From the IMG/VR virus record IMGVR_UViG_3300045988_114880: 55,042 nucleotides of DNA. The stretch is one strand, 5' to 3'. Within the stretch, counting starts at the first letter, position 1. Every line of letters starts with the position of its first letter. This DNA is from a virus. Made by a program: the position numbers and the translations under genes. Positions 8,512 through 16,766 of this stretch are shown piece after piece. The notes beneath the pieces were generated by a model. That model searched no databases, was not told where the DNA came from, and worked only from the letters and a program-made list of their open reading frames with translations.

Positions 8512-9054
8512 TCATACTTCAAGATCTTGAAGGAAGAGAAGCGCGCTATCAGAGAAAGTGCCAATCCTTCCGAGTTTAATCTTTAGTTTCCTTGTGAATG
8601 CATCGTCAAACAGTGTATATCCATATCGTGTTTTAAGTTCTTTCAACTGATTAATAACATAATCTATATCTTCCTTATCTTTAGTCTTTTCAGTGGTCTC
8701 AAGCATCATGTAAATAGATTGCCTTATATCTGCTATATTTTTTAATTTCATAGCCATGTGTAGCAGGCGTATCTCTATATACATCATAGTTTTTGCTGTA
8801 TGAATTACATGATGGTCACTTATGTCCTGTAATTTTTCTTCTATTTCATTTTTAAGGTCGTTTTTTAACCCAAAAATGTTATATCCAACCATTACGGCTA
8901 ATGCTCCTACAACGAAAGAAAGAAAAGCAATCATAGAATCGAATAGAGTCCATGTTACAGGCTCGTATTTGCATAGCCATAGCAATATTGCAATGACACT
9001 TAATCCCAGTGCTATCCGCGCTATCCAATTTCTATTTCTGTCTTCTTTCTTCAT
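8512..9054 (-). CDS. Two-TM membrane protein, first gene of the leftward lysogeny operon (possible superinfection exclusion)
   Basis: Two hydrophobic helices (IARIALGLSVIAILLWL and MIAFLSFVVGALAVMVGY) followed by a helical cytoplasmic part. Confidence 0.55.
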   Translation of the reverse strand: MKKEDRNRNWIARIALGLSVIAILLWLCKYEPVTWTLFDSMIAFLSFVVGALAVMVGYNIFGLKNDLKNEIEEKLQDISDHHVIHTAKTMMYIEIRLLHMAMKLKNIADIRQSIYMMLETTEKTKDKEDIDYVINQLKELKTRYGYTLFDDAFTRKLKIKLGRIGTFSDSALLFLQDLEV

Positions 9055-9131
9055 ATTATAATAAGGTATAATCTGCTTTAATAGTTAAATAGTGTTTATA
9101 TACACATATTTGTTTATATGCTATTTGTAGT

Positions 9132-9149
9132 ATACACAAAAACGTGTAT
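9132..9149. promoter_or_regulatory. Palindromic operator ATACAC-N6-GTGTAT overlapping the early rightward promoter
   Basis: Perfect 6+6 inverted repeat in the divergent CI/early intergenic region; overlaps the -7 box. Confidence 0.5.
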
Positions 9150-9154
9150 CTTTG
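9147..9154 (+). promoter_or_regulatory. -7 promoter box TATCTTTG of the rightward early operon
   Basis: Exact TAnnTTTG match about 80 nt upstream of ATG 9235. Confidence 0.45.
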
Positions 9155-9234
9155 CATTATCAAATTAAACTGATACAAAGAAACGAAGATTAATTCAGAT
9201 TTCAAATAGTATAAACATATTAAAATACACGATT

Positions 9235-9561
9235 ATGAGAACAAGAGAATTTTTACACGAAGTAATGAGCCTTGCTTGGCAGTTCGTTAAGCGTAATGGC
9301 TACACCATGAGCGAAGCAATGAAGGTCGCTTGGGCTAATTTGAAACTGAAAGGTGAGATGAAGAAGAAGATAGTGAAGTTCTACTTCAAAAAAGTGGACG
9401 GTTCTGTTCGTGAGGCATACGGTACACTAAATGAAAAGCTGATGCCTGCCATCACTGGTACTGACAATAGAAAGAAGAATGATACCGTCCAGACTTACTA
9501 TGATACTGAACGCCAAGAATTCAGATGCTTCAAAAAAGCTAATCTGATGTCAATCGCATAA
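9235..9561 (+). CDS. Early protein, DUF2693/SH3-barrel-like
   Basis: F.KVDGSVREAYGTL...YYDTERQEFRCFKKANL pattern, recalled from the Bacteroides DUF2693 family. Confidence 0.5.
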   Translation: MRTREFLHEVMSLAWQFVKRNGYTMSEAMKVAWANLKLKGEMKKKIVKFYFKKVDGSVREAYGTLNEKLMPAITGTDNRKKNDTVQTYYDTERQEFRCFKKANLMSIA

Positions 9562-9566
9562 AAGAT

Positions 9567-9818
9567 ATGGATATGAATGCTTACACGATTAACCAGCAGT
9601 TGGATAGCCTTTATAAAGATTTAGAGGCAGCTCACAACAACGATGAAAGGACTGTTTGCCTGATGTTCAATGCTGATAGCAAGAAAGAAGTTATCCAGTT
9701 GATAACGGATGAGATAGACAGTTTGGAAGATGCCTTAAAAGGTTTTGAAACTTGTGAAGATGATGGCATGGATTACGATGCTCTATGCCGGGTACAAGGT
9801 ATCAGCCGATACGCATAA
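9567..9818 (+). CDS. Hypothetical acidic early protein (83 aa)
   Basis: ORF tightly following the previous gene. Confidence 0.6.
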   Translation: MDMNAYTINQQLDSLYKDLEAAHNNDERTVCLMFNADSKKEVIQLITDEIDSLEDALKGFETCEDDGMDYDALCRVQGISRYA

Positions 9819-10169
9819 TACACGATTATGCAACGCACGACAGCCCTACGGACGGATTGAACGGCAACCGATAGCGAGAATCGGGTAGGGTACTATTGAT
9901 TAGTTCTTTGAAATTCTGTAAAAGCAATTACGGTGTAATTCATAAGCCGTTTTTGCCAACCAAAGATAACGAACGCACATAAGCAAGTTGGGGCTTGTGA
10001 GCTGTGCAATGTTTAACAATTAATAGAAAACACCGCAAAGAATCGTCTTTGAGCAGTGAGCATACGGGTTAGGCGTCCGTACTGTTTTCGACAATATAGC
10101 CTGTACTGAACTGAAATAAGGTTCTGCTATTCGATTAGGGTACAGGTACTTATTTAAATTTATACGATT

Positions 10170-10352
10170 ATGAAAACAATCCAATTCATTTTATCTATAT
10201 TGGTTAGTATATGTGCTGCCGGTATGCTTTACGGGGCTATCACTACTTACAGTCCTATGAAAATATTCTCTATCACTATAATGAGTGTTATATGTGTAGG
10301 GTGTGTGTCGCTCATGAGAATAACTTATAGAGAACTTAAAACAGACCGCTAA
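10170..10352 (+). CDS. Small two-TM membrane protein (60 aa)
   Basis: Two hydrophobic segments; start codon carries the ACGATTATG motif. Confidence 0.55.
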   Translation: MKTIQFILSILVSICAAGMLYGAITTYSPMKIFSITIMSVICVGCVSLMRITYRELKTDR

Positions 10353-10567
10353 AAGGTAGTCCTATAATCCGGCACAAGGCGCATGGGGATGAGTGCACAA
10401 TCACCTTGTAAACCAGCTGGGCGGTAATTTATGAAGTAGCATTGTTGGAATGCGTGTAAGCGATTAATTGTTGGTATTAACTTATATTCTAATTTATATA
10501 TTCATTTAGCTTACAAGAAGTAGGTTCGACTCCTACCTTTTTAACGACATTTTAAATTTATACGATT

Positions 10568-10753
10568 ATGACAGTGGAAGAATTAAGAGGCATGACGCAT
10601 GAAGATTTAGTAAGGCGTGTGCAGGAACTGGAAGAGGCTAACGAGAAATTAGCTGAAGAGAAAAATACATGGTATAAATCTTGGAGTGATTTGAACCGGA
10701 AGTTTGATCATTTCAAGAACGCGGTTAAAAGCATTGTTATGATAATAGATTAG
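10568..10753 (+). CDS. Hypothetical coiled-coil protein (61 aa)
   Basis: ACGATTATG start motif; a stem plus T6 terminator follows at about 10783-10818. Confidence 0.55.
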   Translation: MTVEELRGMTHEDLVRRVQELEEANEKLAEEKNTWYKSWSDLNRKFDHFKNAVKSIVMIID

Positions 10754-10821
10754 ATATTCGTGTTTTATATTGTGTTTGTACTGGGTGTGCCGTCCGTGAG
10801 GATAGTGCACCTTTTTTAATC

Positions 10822-10903
10822 GGATGGTTAGCTTATCGGTTAGAGCTTCGTGTTGCGCAAACAATTGGCACGATTGAGAGGGGTTCGATTCCCTTACCAT
10901 CCA
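10822..10903 (+). tRNA. tRNA-like gene with a 16-nt anticodon loop (non-canonical)
   Basis: 7-bp acceptor GGATGGT/ACCATCC, D arm GCTT/GAGC and T arm AGGGG-TTCGATT-CCCTT are canonical; the TCGTG/CACGA stem closes 16 nt. Confidence 0.5.
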
Positions 10904-10929
10904 CGAATCATTAATTAAATTTTACTTTT

Positions 10930-11157
10930 ATGGCAAAAGAACTGAAAGAAAGAACAGAAATCAAGAAAAAGCTGAAAAAGAAGAATGACAGAATCAGCTT
11001 TGACTTTAGCGACAAGCTTGCCGGACAGCTTCGCAGGTGTACCGCTGATCTTAACAGGCTGGCAAGGATTGACCGGATAATAGACAAGGAGCAAACTTTG
11101 TATTCGGTGGACACTAACAGGGAAGCCGGATATATTGAGGTTATCCGCAATTATTAA
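10930..11157 (+). CDS. Hypothetical basic protein (75 aa)
   Basis: ORF in the early operon. Confidence 0.55.
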   Translation: MAKELKERTEIKKKLKKKNDRISFDFSDKLAGQLRRCTADLNRLARIDRIIDKEQTLYSVDTNREAGYIEVIRNY

Positions 11158-11176
11158 TCAGCTGACTTGCACGATT

Positions 11177-11542
11177 ATGAAGAGAGTTTTTAATGAACTT
11201 ACACCTGAATGCGAGATTACGGCACGAATGTATGCACAAGGGTATGAGAAGAAGGAAATAGCCGATTTGAAATGCAGGGCTGTGAGCACGATAAACAACC
11301 AGTTGCAGAAGGCTTTTGAGATTCTTCATGTAAGAAATGGAAGAGAACTGGCGACCATGCTATATGAGCGTCTGGCTGGCATGAAATTCACTATGGATTT
11401 CCCACCAATAGCCCGTTCTGTTATCGCCTGTTGTTTATTATGTGTGTTTTCAATTACGTTTTATCAGGATTTCCATTCGGATATGCGTAGGGCAAGACGG
11501 ATTAGAGAAGAGAAAATAGAATTTCTGAAAGATATGATATGA
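11177..11542 (+). CDS. LuxR/GerE-type HTH regulator with a C-terminal TM anchor
   Basis: LTPECEITARMYAQGYEKKEIADLKCRAVSTINNQLQKAFEILHVRNGRELA fits the GerE HTH; SVIACCLLCVFSITFY is hydrophobic; ATG 11177 carries the start motif. Confidence 0.65.
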   Translation: MKRVFNELTPECEITARMYAQGYEKKEIADLKCRAVSTINNQLQKAFEILHVRNGRELATMLYERLAGMKFTMDFPPIARSVIACCLLCVFSITFYQDFHSDMRRARRIREEKIEFLKDMI

Positions 11543-11736
11543 AAAGAGGAAAGGTTGAATCCGTACAGAAACTTTGGCTTAATAAGGATGAAGCGATGGC
11601 TTATTTGGGGTGTAGCGTTGATTACCTTGATAAACTTAGGAATAACGCCCAGGTTTCATTTGCCAAAGATGGAAAAATGATTTGGTACAATTTGGAGTCG
11701 ATCAACAGATTTTTGAATAGAATGAAAGTAATATAA
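11539..11736 (+). CDS. Excisionase-family (MerR-like HTH_17) DNA-binding protein
   Basis: LNKDEAMAYLGCSVDYLDKLRNN...WYNLESINRFL pattern. Confidence 0.55.
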   Translation: MKRGKVESVQKLWLNKDEAMAYLGCSVDYLDKLRNNAQVSFAKDGKMIWYNLESINRFLNRMKVI

Positions 11737-11756
11737 ACCCTTTAAATTTTACGATT

Positions 11757-12686
11757 ATGAGTCTTATTAAAAAATCAAATGAATTAGTAATTCCTACCAC
11801 TGTAAAGATGATGATTTACGGTCAGGCTGGTATGGGAAAATCAACAGTGGCATTGAGCGCACCGAAACCGTTATTATTGGATTTCGATAATGGCGTTAAG
11901 CGTATGAATATGGCGCATTTGGAAAACATAGATACTGTACAGGTCACTTCATGGAGTGATGTTCAACAGGTCTTGCAGGAGGATTTGTCTGCCTATCAGA
12001 CAATCGTGGTAGATACCATTGGCAAGATGATGGATTTCATCATTACTTATAAATGTGGCAGCCGCCAACCGTCTATCAAGGATTGGAGCGGTATCAATGC
12101 GGAGTTTTCATGGATGACACGAACACTTTCGGGGCTTAACAAGCACATCATTTTCGTTGCCCATCGCGACACAAGAAAAGAAGGTGATGATACGGTGTTT
12201 ATCCCTGCCTTGCGTGAAAAATCCTACAACTCTATCGTTACTGAACTGGATTTGCTCGGTTATCTTGAAATGAAAAGCGAAAGAGGCGTCCAAAGACGTA
12301 CTATTACTTTTGACCCAACTTCAAGAAATGACGGTAAGAATACTTGCAATCTTCCTTCAGTGATGGAAGTTCCTACCATCCTTGACAAGAATGGTAATCC
12401 AACCGCAAAGAACGACTTTATCACCGCCAAGATAATCAATTCGTATTTGGGTATGCTTGCTGCCAAGAAAGAGGCACAGGAAAAGTATGATAAAGTTATT
12501 GAAGAGATAAAAGAACAGATCGAACTTATTACGGATGCGGAATCTGCCAATAATTTTATCGCGCAAATAGATAACTTTGAGCACGTTGGTTCTTCAAAGC
12601 AAATGGCGGCAAAGTTGGTAGCTAACAAAGCGAAGTCTTTGAATCTGAAACTTAATTCAGAAAAAAAATATGAACCAGCAGCCTAA
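11757..12686 (+). CDS. Sak4-like (AAA_24) RecA-fold recombination ATPase
   Basis: Walker A YGQAGMGKST and Walker B IVVDTIG; size and position typical of phage Sak4. Confidence 0.65.
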   Translation: MSLIKKSNELVIPTTVKMMIYGQAGMGKSTVALSAPKPLLLDFDNGVKRMNMAHLENIDTVQVTSWSDVQQVLQEDLSAYQTIVVDTIGKMMDFIITYKCGSRQPSIKDWSGINAEFSWMTRTLSGLNKHIIFVAHRDTRKEGDDTVFIPALREKSYNSIVTELDLLGYLEMKSERGVQRRTITFDPTSRNDGKNTCNLPSVMEVPTILDKNGNPTAKNDFITAKIINSYLGMLAAKKEAQEKYDKVIEEIKEQIELITDAESANNFIAQIDNFEHVGSSKQMAAKLVANKAKSLNLKLNSEKKYEPAA

Positions 12687-13500
12687 ATATCGTATTTACG
12701 CAACGCTTCTTGATGCCTTTGGGGCATATCTGAATAGTGATGTGATTTGGGATAAGTACTGGGGGTGGTCAGAAAATCCACCCCATACTCCCGAAGAATT
12801 TCACGAACAACAGTTTCAAGAACTGATAGACCGGATTAACCGCAAGCCATTCGACAGCGAAGCGGCAGACAAGGGAACAGCCTTTAATGAGGTTATTGAC
12901 TGTATGGTTGAAAATCGGAAATCCGAAATCGTGCAGGTTGAAAAGATATATAAGGTAATACGCGAAGGAGCTTGTGACGAAACAGGTAAACCTTTGTATT
13001 ACGATGAGGTTCAGACCAACGAGGTTATAGGTTTGAAAGCTACCTATAATAATCGTGTTTTTACTTTCCCAATCTCACTTTGCCGAGAGTTTTCCGGTTA
13101 CTTCAAAGGAGCATTAACCCAACAAAGAGTAGAAGCGATTCTTCCAACCGCATACGGCAATGTTTTGGTTTATGGTTTGATTGACGAACTGATGCCTACC
13201 AGTATTCACGACATCAAAACAACCGGTAGTTATACCGTGGGAAAGTTCAAAGATCACCACCAGCATTTAGTATATCCATACGCTTTAATGAAGAACGGTT
13301 CTGATGTACGGACATTTGAGTATAACATTGTGGAGTTCAACAAAGGCGGTTATGTGGTAGATACCTATACAGAAACATACGTTTTCAATCCTGAACGTGA
13401 TATACCAATCCTCACTAACCATTGTGAGGAGTTTATCCGGTTCTTGGAAGAAAACAGAGAACTTATAACCGATAAAAAGATTTTTGGAGGAGAAAATTAA
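12670..13500 (+). CDS. PD-(D/E)XK (RecB/Cas4-like) nuclease
   Basis: GLIDELMPTSIHDIKTTGSY fits a D...D-x-K motif; sits between the recombinase ATPase and SSB. Confidence 0.5.
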   Translation: MNQQPKYRIYATLLDAFGAYLNSDVIWDKYWGWSENPPHTPEEFHEQQFQELIDRINRKPFDSEAADKGTAFNEVIDCMVENRKSEIVQVEKIYKVIREGACDETGKPLYYDEVQTNEVIGLKATYNNRVFTFPISLCREFSGYFKGALTQQRVEAILPTAYGNVLVYGLIDELMPTSIHDIKTTGSYTVGKFKDHHQHLVYPYALMKNGSDVRTFEYNIVEFNKGGYVVDTYTETYVFNPERDIPILTNHCEEFIRFLEENRELITDKKIFGGEN

Positions 13501-13952
13501 TGGCAAACCAAATAACCGGACGGATAATCGAAATTGGACAAACCGTTCAAATACCATCCAAAAACGGTGGTTCCTCATTTACAAAACGGGAGTTTATTTT
13601 AGATGCTACTACTTACGACCCTTATACGGGAGAGCGTAGCGAGTATGAGAATGTTATTCCCTTAGAGTTTTCAGGCGATAAGTGTGCAGAACTTGACCGC
13701 TTTAATCAGGGTGATGTTGTTACTGTATCGTTTGTCTTACAAGGGCGTTCTTGGACGAATCAGGACGGAGAACTCAAACGTATGGCATCTATCCGGTGCT
13801 ACAAAATAGATGCGCGTGGTGGTGTATCGCAATCCCAACAAACAACATCGGTACAACAGCCAGCGCCACAGTCGACCTATCAGCAACAGCCACAGAATTT
13901 CCCGCCTCCGGTTGATGTTAATGGCAATGTAAAGGACGATTTGCCTTTTTAG
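13500..13952 (+). CDS. ssb: Single-stranded DNA-binding protein (DUF3127-type OB fold) with an acidic DDLPF tail
   Basis: N-terminal ITGRIIEIGQTVQIPSKNGG...REFILD pattern; Q/P-rich linker; C-terminal DDLPF. Confidence 0.65.
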   Translation: MANQITGRIIEIGQTVQIPSKNGGSSFTKREFILDATTYDPYTGERSEYENVIPLEFSGDKCAELDRFNQGDVVTVSFVLQGRSWTNQDGELKRMASIRCYKIDARGGVSQSQQTTSVQQPAPQSTYQQQPQNFPPPVDVNGNVKDDLPF

Positions 13953-13955
13953 CGT

Positions 13956-14594
13956 ATGTTGTTCGACTTGAAGAATGATATGGAAGAGATTTGGAAAACA
14001 GTAAAAGGGTATAATGGATATTATCAAGTTTCTAATACAGGTAAAGTTCGGAATCCTAATAAGGTGCTTACTCCAAATGTTGGAGTAAAGAACGGATATG
14101 TTTATGTTACTTTGAGAAAAGATAAAAGACTGTTACATCGAATTGTTGCAGAAACTTTTATCCCCAATCCATTTAATAAACCAGAGGTAGACCACATTAA
14201 TGGAATTAGAACGGATAATAATGTTTGTAATTTAAGGTGGGTAACTCGCACGGAAAACAATAATAATCCTATTACTAAAAGCCGTTTTAGTAAATCTGCT
14301 AAAGGTAAAGTTATCAATGCAGAAACTAAAAAACGAATGTCAATGAGCCGAAAAGGGGAAAAACATCCAATGTATAATAAAAAGCATTCAAGTTTTTCTA
14401 AAAGAAAGATGTCTATAACTCATTCAATTCCAGTTGTGCAATTTGGATTACAAATGAATTATATAGCTGAATTTGAAAGTGCAAAAGTGGCTTCTCTTGA
14501 AACACAAGTTGCTGCATCAAGTATCAATGCTTGTACGCTCGGCAAAAGGAAAACGGCTGGTGGCTATATTTGGAAAAAGAAAAATGATATTTAA
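13956..14594 (+). CDS. HNH homing endonuclease (NUMOD4 plus HNH_3)
   Basis: WKTVKGYNGYYQVSNTGKVRN and VDHINGIRTDNNVCNLRWVTRTENN. Confidence 0.8.
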   Translation: MLFDLKNDMEEIWKTVKGYNGYYQVSNTGKVRNPNKVLTPNVGVKNGYVYVTLRKDKRLLHRIVAETFIPNPFNKPEVDHINGIRTDNNVCNLRWVTRTENNNNPITKSRFSKSAKGKVINAETKKRMSMSRKGEKHPMYNKKHSSFSKRKMSITHSIPVVQFGLQMNYIAEFESAKVASLETQVAASSINACTLGKRKTAGGYIWKKKNDI

Positions 14595-15021
14595 TTTATC
14601 AAATCATTATGAAATACCCAAGTTCAAGGAGTATGTAAACAAGCTATTTAGTGAACGTGCGGTGGTGGAAGTGAAAAAGAAACTACCTAACCGCACGCTT
14701 GCCCAAAACAGCTACTTGCATCTTCTTTTAGGGTATTTCGGTGGTGAGTACGGTTGCAGTCTCGACGAAGCAAAAATTGACTTCTATAAGAGGACTTGCA
14801 ACCGTGATTTGTTTGAACGTAAGATGGTCAACAAGAAAGGCAATGAAGTAACCTATTTGCGCAGTTCTGCCGAGCTGACAACAGGTGAAATGACTTTGAG
14901 TATTGACCGTTTCCGAAATTGGAGTGCCTCAGTGGCAGGTATCTATCTGCCGGCTGCAAATGAACATCAAATGCTGATATACGCCCAGCAGGAAATACAA
15001 AGAAATCAAGAATTTATTTAG
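14584..15021 (+). CDS. NinB/Orf-like recombination protein (tentative)
   Basis: RTLAQNSYLHLLLG motif; ATG 14584 overlaps the previous stop; the upstream part of ORF 14473 overlaps the HNH gene. Confidence 0.4.
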   Translation: MIFNLSNHYEIPKFKEYVNKLFSERAVVEVKKKLPNRTLAQNSYLHLLLGYFGGEYGCSLDEAKIDFYKRTCNRDLFERKMVNKKGNEVTYLRSSAELTTGEMTLSIDRFRNWSASVAGIYLPAANEHQMLIYAQQEIQRNQEFI

Positions 15022-15023
15022 TT

Positions 15024-15440
15024 ATGAAAGCATTATTTAAAATGGACTTCGATTGCGGAAGAATGGGCAATCTTGAAGGAGTATTTATTGCAGATACAGA
15101 AGATGTCGAATACTTAGTGAATAGTAAAATCTGTGTTTACTTCGGTGAAGTACTTGGCAAACACTCTGAAATATCCGGGTGTGTGGCTGAAAGTGAAATC
15201 AAACAAATAACCACCGATGAAAATGTAATCAAGATAGTTGAAGAATATGGGCTCAACAGTGGGTATAATCCATTTGAATACACTCTTTGTACATCAGAAA
15301 CGGAAGATGTACCCGACAACGGAGTTGACTGGGATGATTGTATGGTACAGGAGTATATCGACTTTAAACGCAAAGGGATTATTCCTAGTTTCTATAAAGA
15401 AGAATATGAAGTATGGTTGAAGAATAATAACCAAAAGTAA
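15024..15440 (+). CDS. Hypothetical acidic protein (138 aa)
   Basis: ORF in tight operon spacing. Confidence 0.6.
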   Translation: MKALFKMDFDCGRMGNLEGVFIADTEDVEYLVNSKICVYFGEVLGKHSEISGCVAESEIKQITTDENVIKIVEEYGLNSGYNPFEYTLCTSETEDVPDNGVDWDDCMVQEYIDFKRKGIIPSFYKEEYEVWLKNNNQK

Positions 15441-15447
15441 AATATTT

Positions 15448-15879
15448 ATGGACAAATTTTTAGGTCAAGAAATCCTTGAACAGGAACGTTGGCAGTTCCT
15501 TCAGGATAATGCCGATGCAGTAGAGAAAATTGGTTATACCCACCGATTCACACCCGAAGAATTGGCGCAAAAGAAAGAAACATTAGCCGAGGTATCAATC
15601 ACCATCAATGATATTGAGATTGAAAAGAAAGAGGCTATGGAAGAGTTCAAAGAACGCCTGAAACCTTTGAATGAAGAAAAGCAGGAACTTCTGGACCACA
15701 TCAAGAGAGGTTCTGAGTTTGTGGAAAATGAAGAATGTGCCAAAATCCTTTACCATGAGGAAAAGATGGCAGGATTCTATAACAAGTTGGGTGAACTGGT
15801 TTACAGCCGCCCGATTATGCCGCAAGAAATGCAGAAGACAGTATTCAGTATTAACCGTAAAACAGGAACAGAATCATGA
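15448..15879 (+). CDS. Hypothetical coiled-coil protein (143 aa)
   Basis: ORF; ATGA overlap with the next gene. Confidence 0.6.
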   Translation: MDKFLGQEILEQERWQFLQDNADAVEKIGYTHRFTPEELAQKKETLAEVSITINDIEIEKKEAMEEFKERLKPLNEEKQELLDHIKRGSEFVENEECAKILYHEEKMAGFYNKLGELVYSRPIMPQEMQKTVFSINRKTGTES

Positions 15880-16613
15880 GCGAAAACAAATTAAACGTGA
15901 TTATACCGAAAGATTATAACGGTGCACCAATTGAAGTAGTATTGAGAGAGGGAGAAGCCCCCGTAGCACTCGACCCAAAAGAACCAGAAAGAGTAGTTAT
16001 CAATGGAACGATAGATGCACCTCTCAGATGGTTGGAAAAACGTGTCGAACTGATTAATCAGAAATCGACCAATATCATTGTAAATCGTGATAAGATGGGG
16101 TTAGCATTAACTATTGATGAAACCAACTACTATCAGACTGAAATCAACGGTATTTTGCAGCCTTCAAAAGAAATGCAGGAGTTTGGTATCAACGTTGAAA
16201 AGAAATGGGAACCCATCAAGTTATCTAAGTTCATCAAAATGCATCGTGCTTTCTTTACTGACAAGTCACAGAATATGATGCTTGTATCTACTTTGAAGAA
16301 TTTCAAAGCAAAGGTAAACCAAGACATTGAGCGCAGCAAGGAGGAAAACGGCAGCAAAGTTGACAACTACTCGCAGGTGGTTGATTCCAATTTGCCGAAA
16401 TCATTCAAACTGAACATCCCTCTTTTCAAAGGCTTTGCCTGTGAAGAAATCGAAGTTGAGATTTACGCTGATGTAGACGGTAGAGATGTTTCACTTTCTT
16501 TGGTTTCTGCTGGTGCGAATGAAACCATTGAGGAATACAAAAACAAGGTGATTGACGAACAGATTGAAGCAATCAAAGGTGTTGCACCTGACATCGTAAT
16601 CATCGAAGTATAA
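15876..16613 (+). CDS. Hypothetical protein (245 aa)
   Basis: ORF followed by the GCCCG/CGGGC hairpin at 16620-16635. Confidence 0.6.
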   Translation: MSENKLNVIIPKDYNGAPIEVVLREGEAPVALDPKEPERVVINGTIDAPLRWLEKRVELINQKSTNIIVNRDKMGLALTIDETNYYQTEINGILQPSKEMQEFGINVEKKWEPIKLSKFIKMHRAFFTDKSQNMMLVSTLKNFKAKVNQDIERSKEENGSKVDNYSQVVDSNLPKSFKLNIPLFKGFACEEIEVEIYADVDGRDVSLSLVSAGANETIEEYKNKVIDEQIEAIKGVAPDIVIIEV

Positions 16614-16639
16614 TTGACAGCCCGGAAAGACGGGCATCT

Positions 16640-16747
16640 GGTATCGTGGCGGAATTGGTAGACGCACGACGAGTACTGGAGCTTTACCCAGCCGGAAGGG
16701 TTACTCAAAGCAGAAAGCTCATGCAGGTTCGAATCCTGCCGATACCA
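16640..16747 (+). tRNA. Over-long (108 nt) tRNA-like gene with a non-canonical central region
   Basis: Acceptor GGTATCG/CGATACC, Leu/Tyr-like D arm GCGGAATTGGTAGACGC and T arm GCAGG-TTCGAAT-CCTGC; the 56-nt middle part does not fold as an anticodon arm plus variable arm. Confidence 0.45.
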
Positions 16748-16766
16748 CAAACTAAAACAATGAATT

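Noticed and set aside
8196-8586. Plus-strand ORFs 8196..8408 and 8380..8586 in the gap upstream of the CI gene
   Set aside because: They overlap the 5' end of the minus-strand CI gene and the 3' end of the 8512..9054 membrane gene. They have no promoter-like context and junk-like sequence.
10520-10542. T-arm consensus GTAGG-TTCGACT-CCTAC as a tRNA or tmRNA 3' end
   Set aside because: No acceptor, D or anticodon arms could be paired upstream. The hairpin plus T run is adequately explained as a terminator, and it is kept only as a low-interest note.
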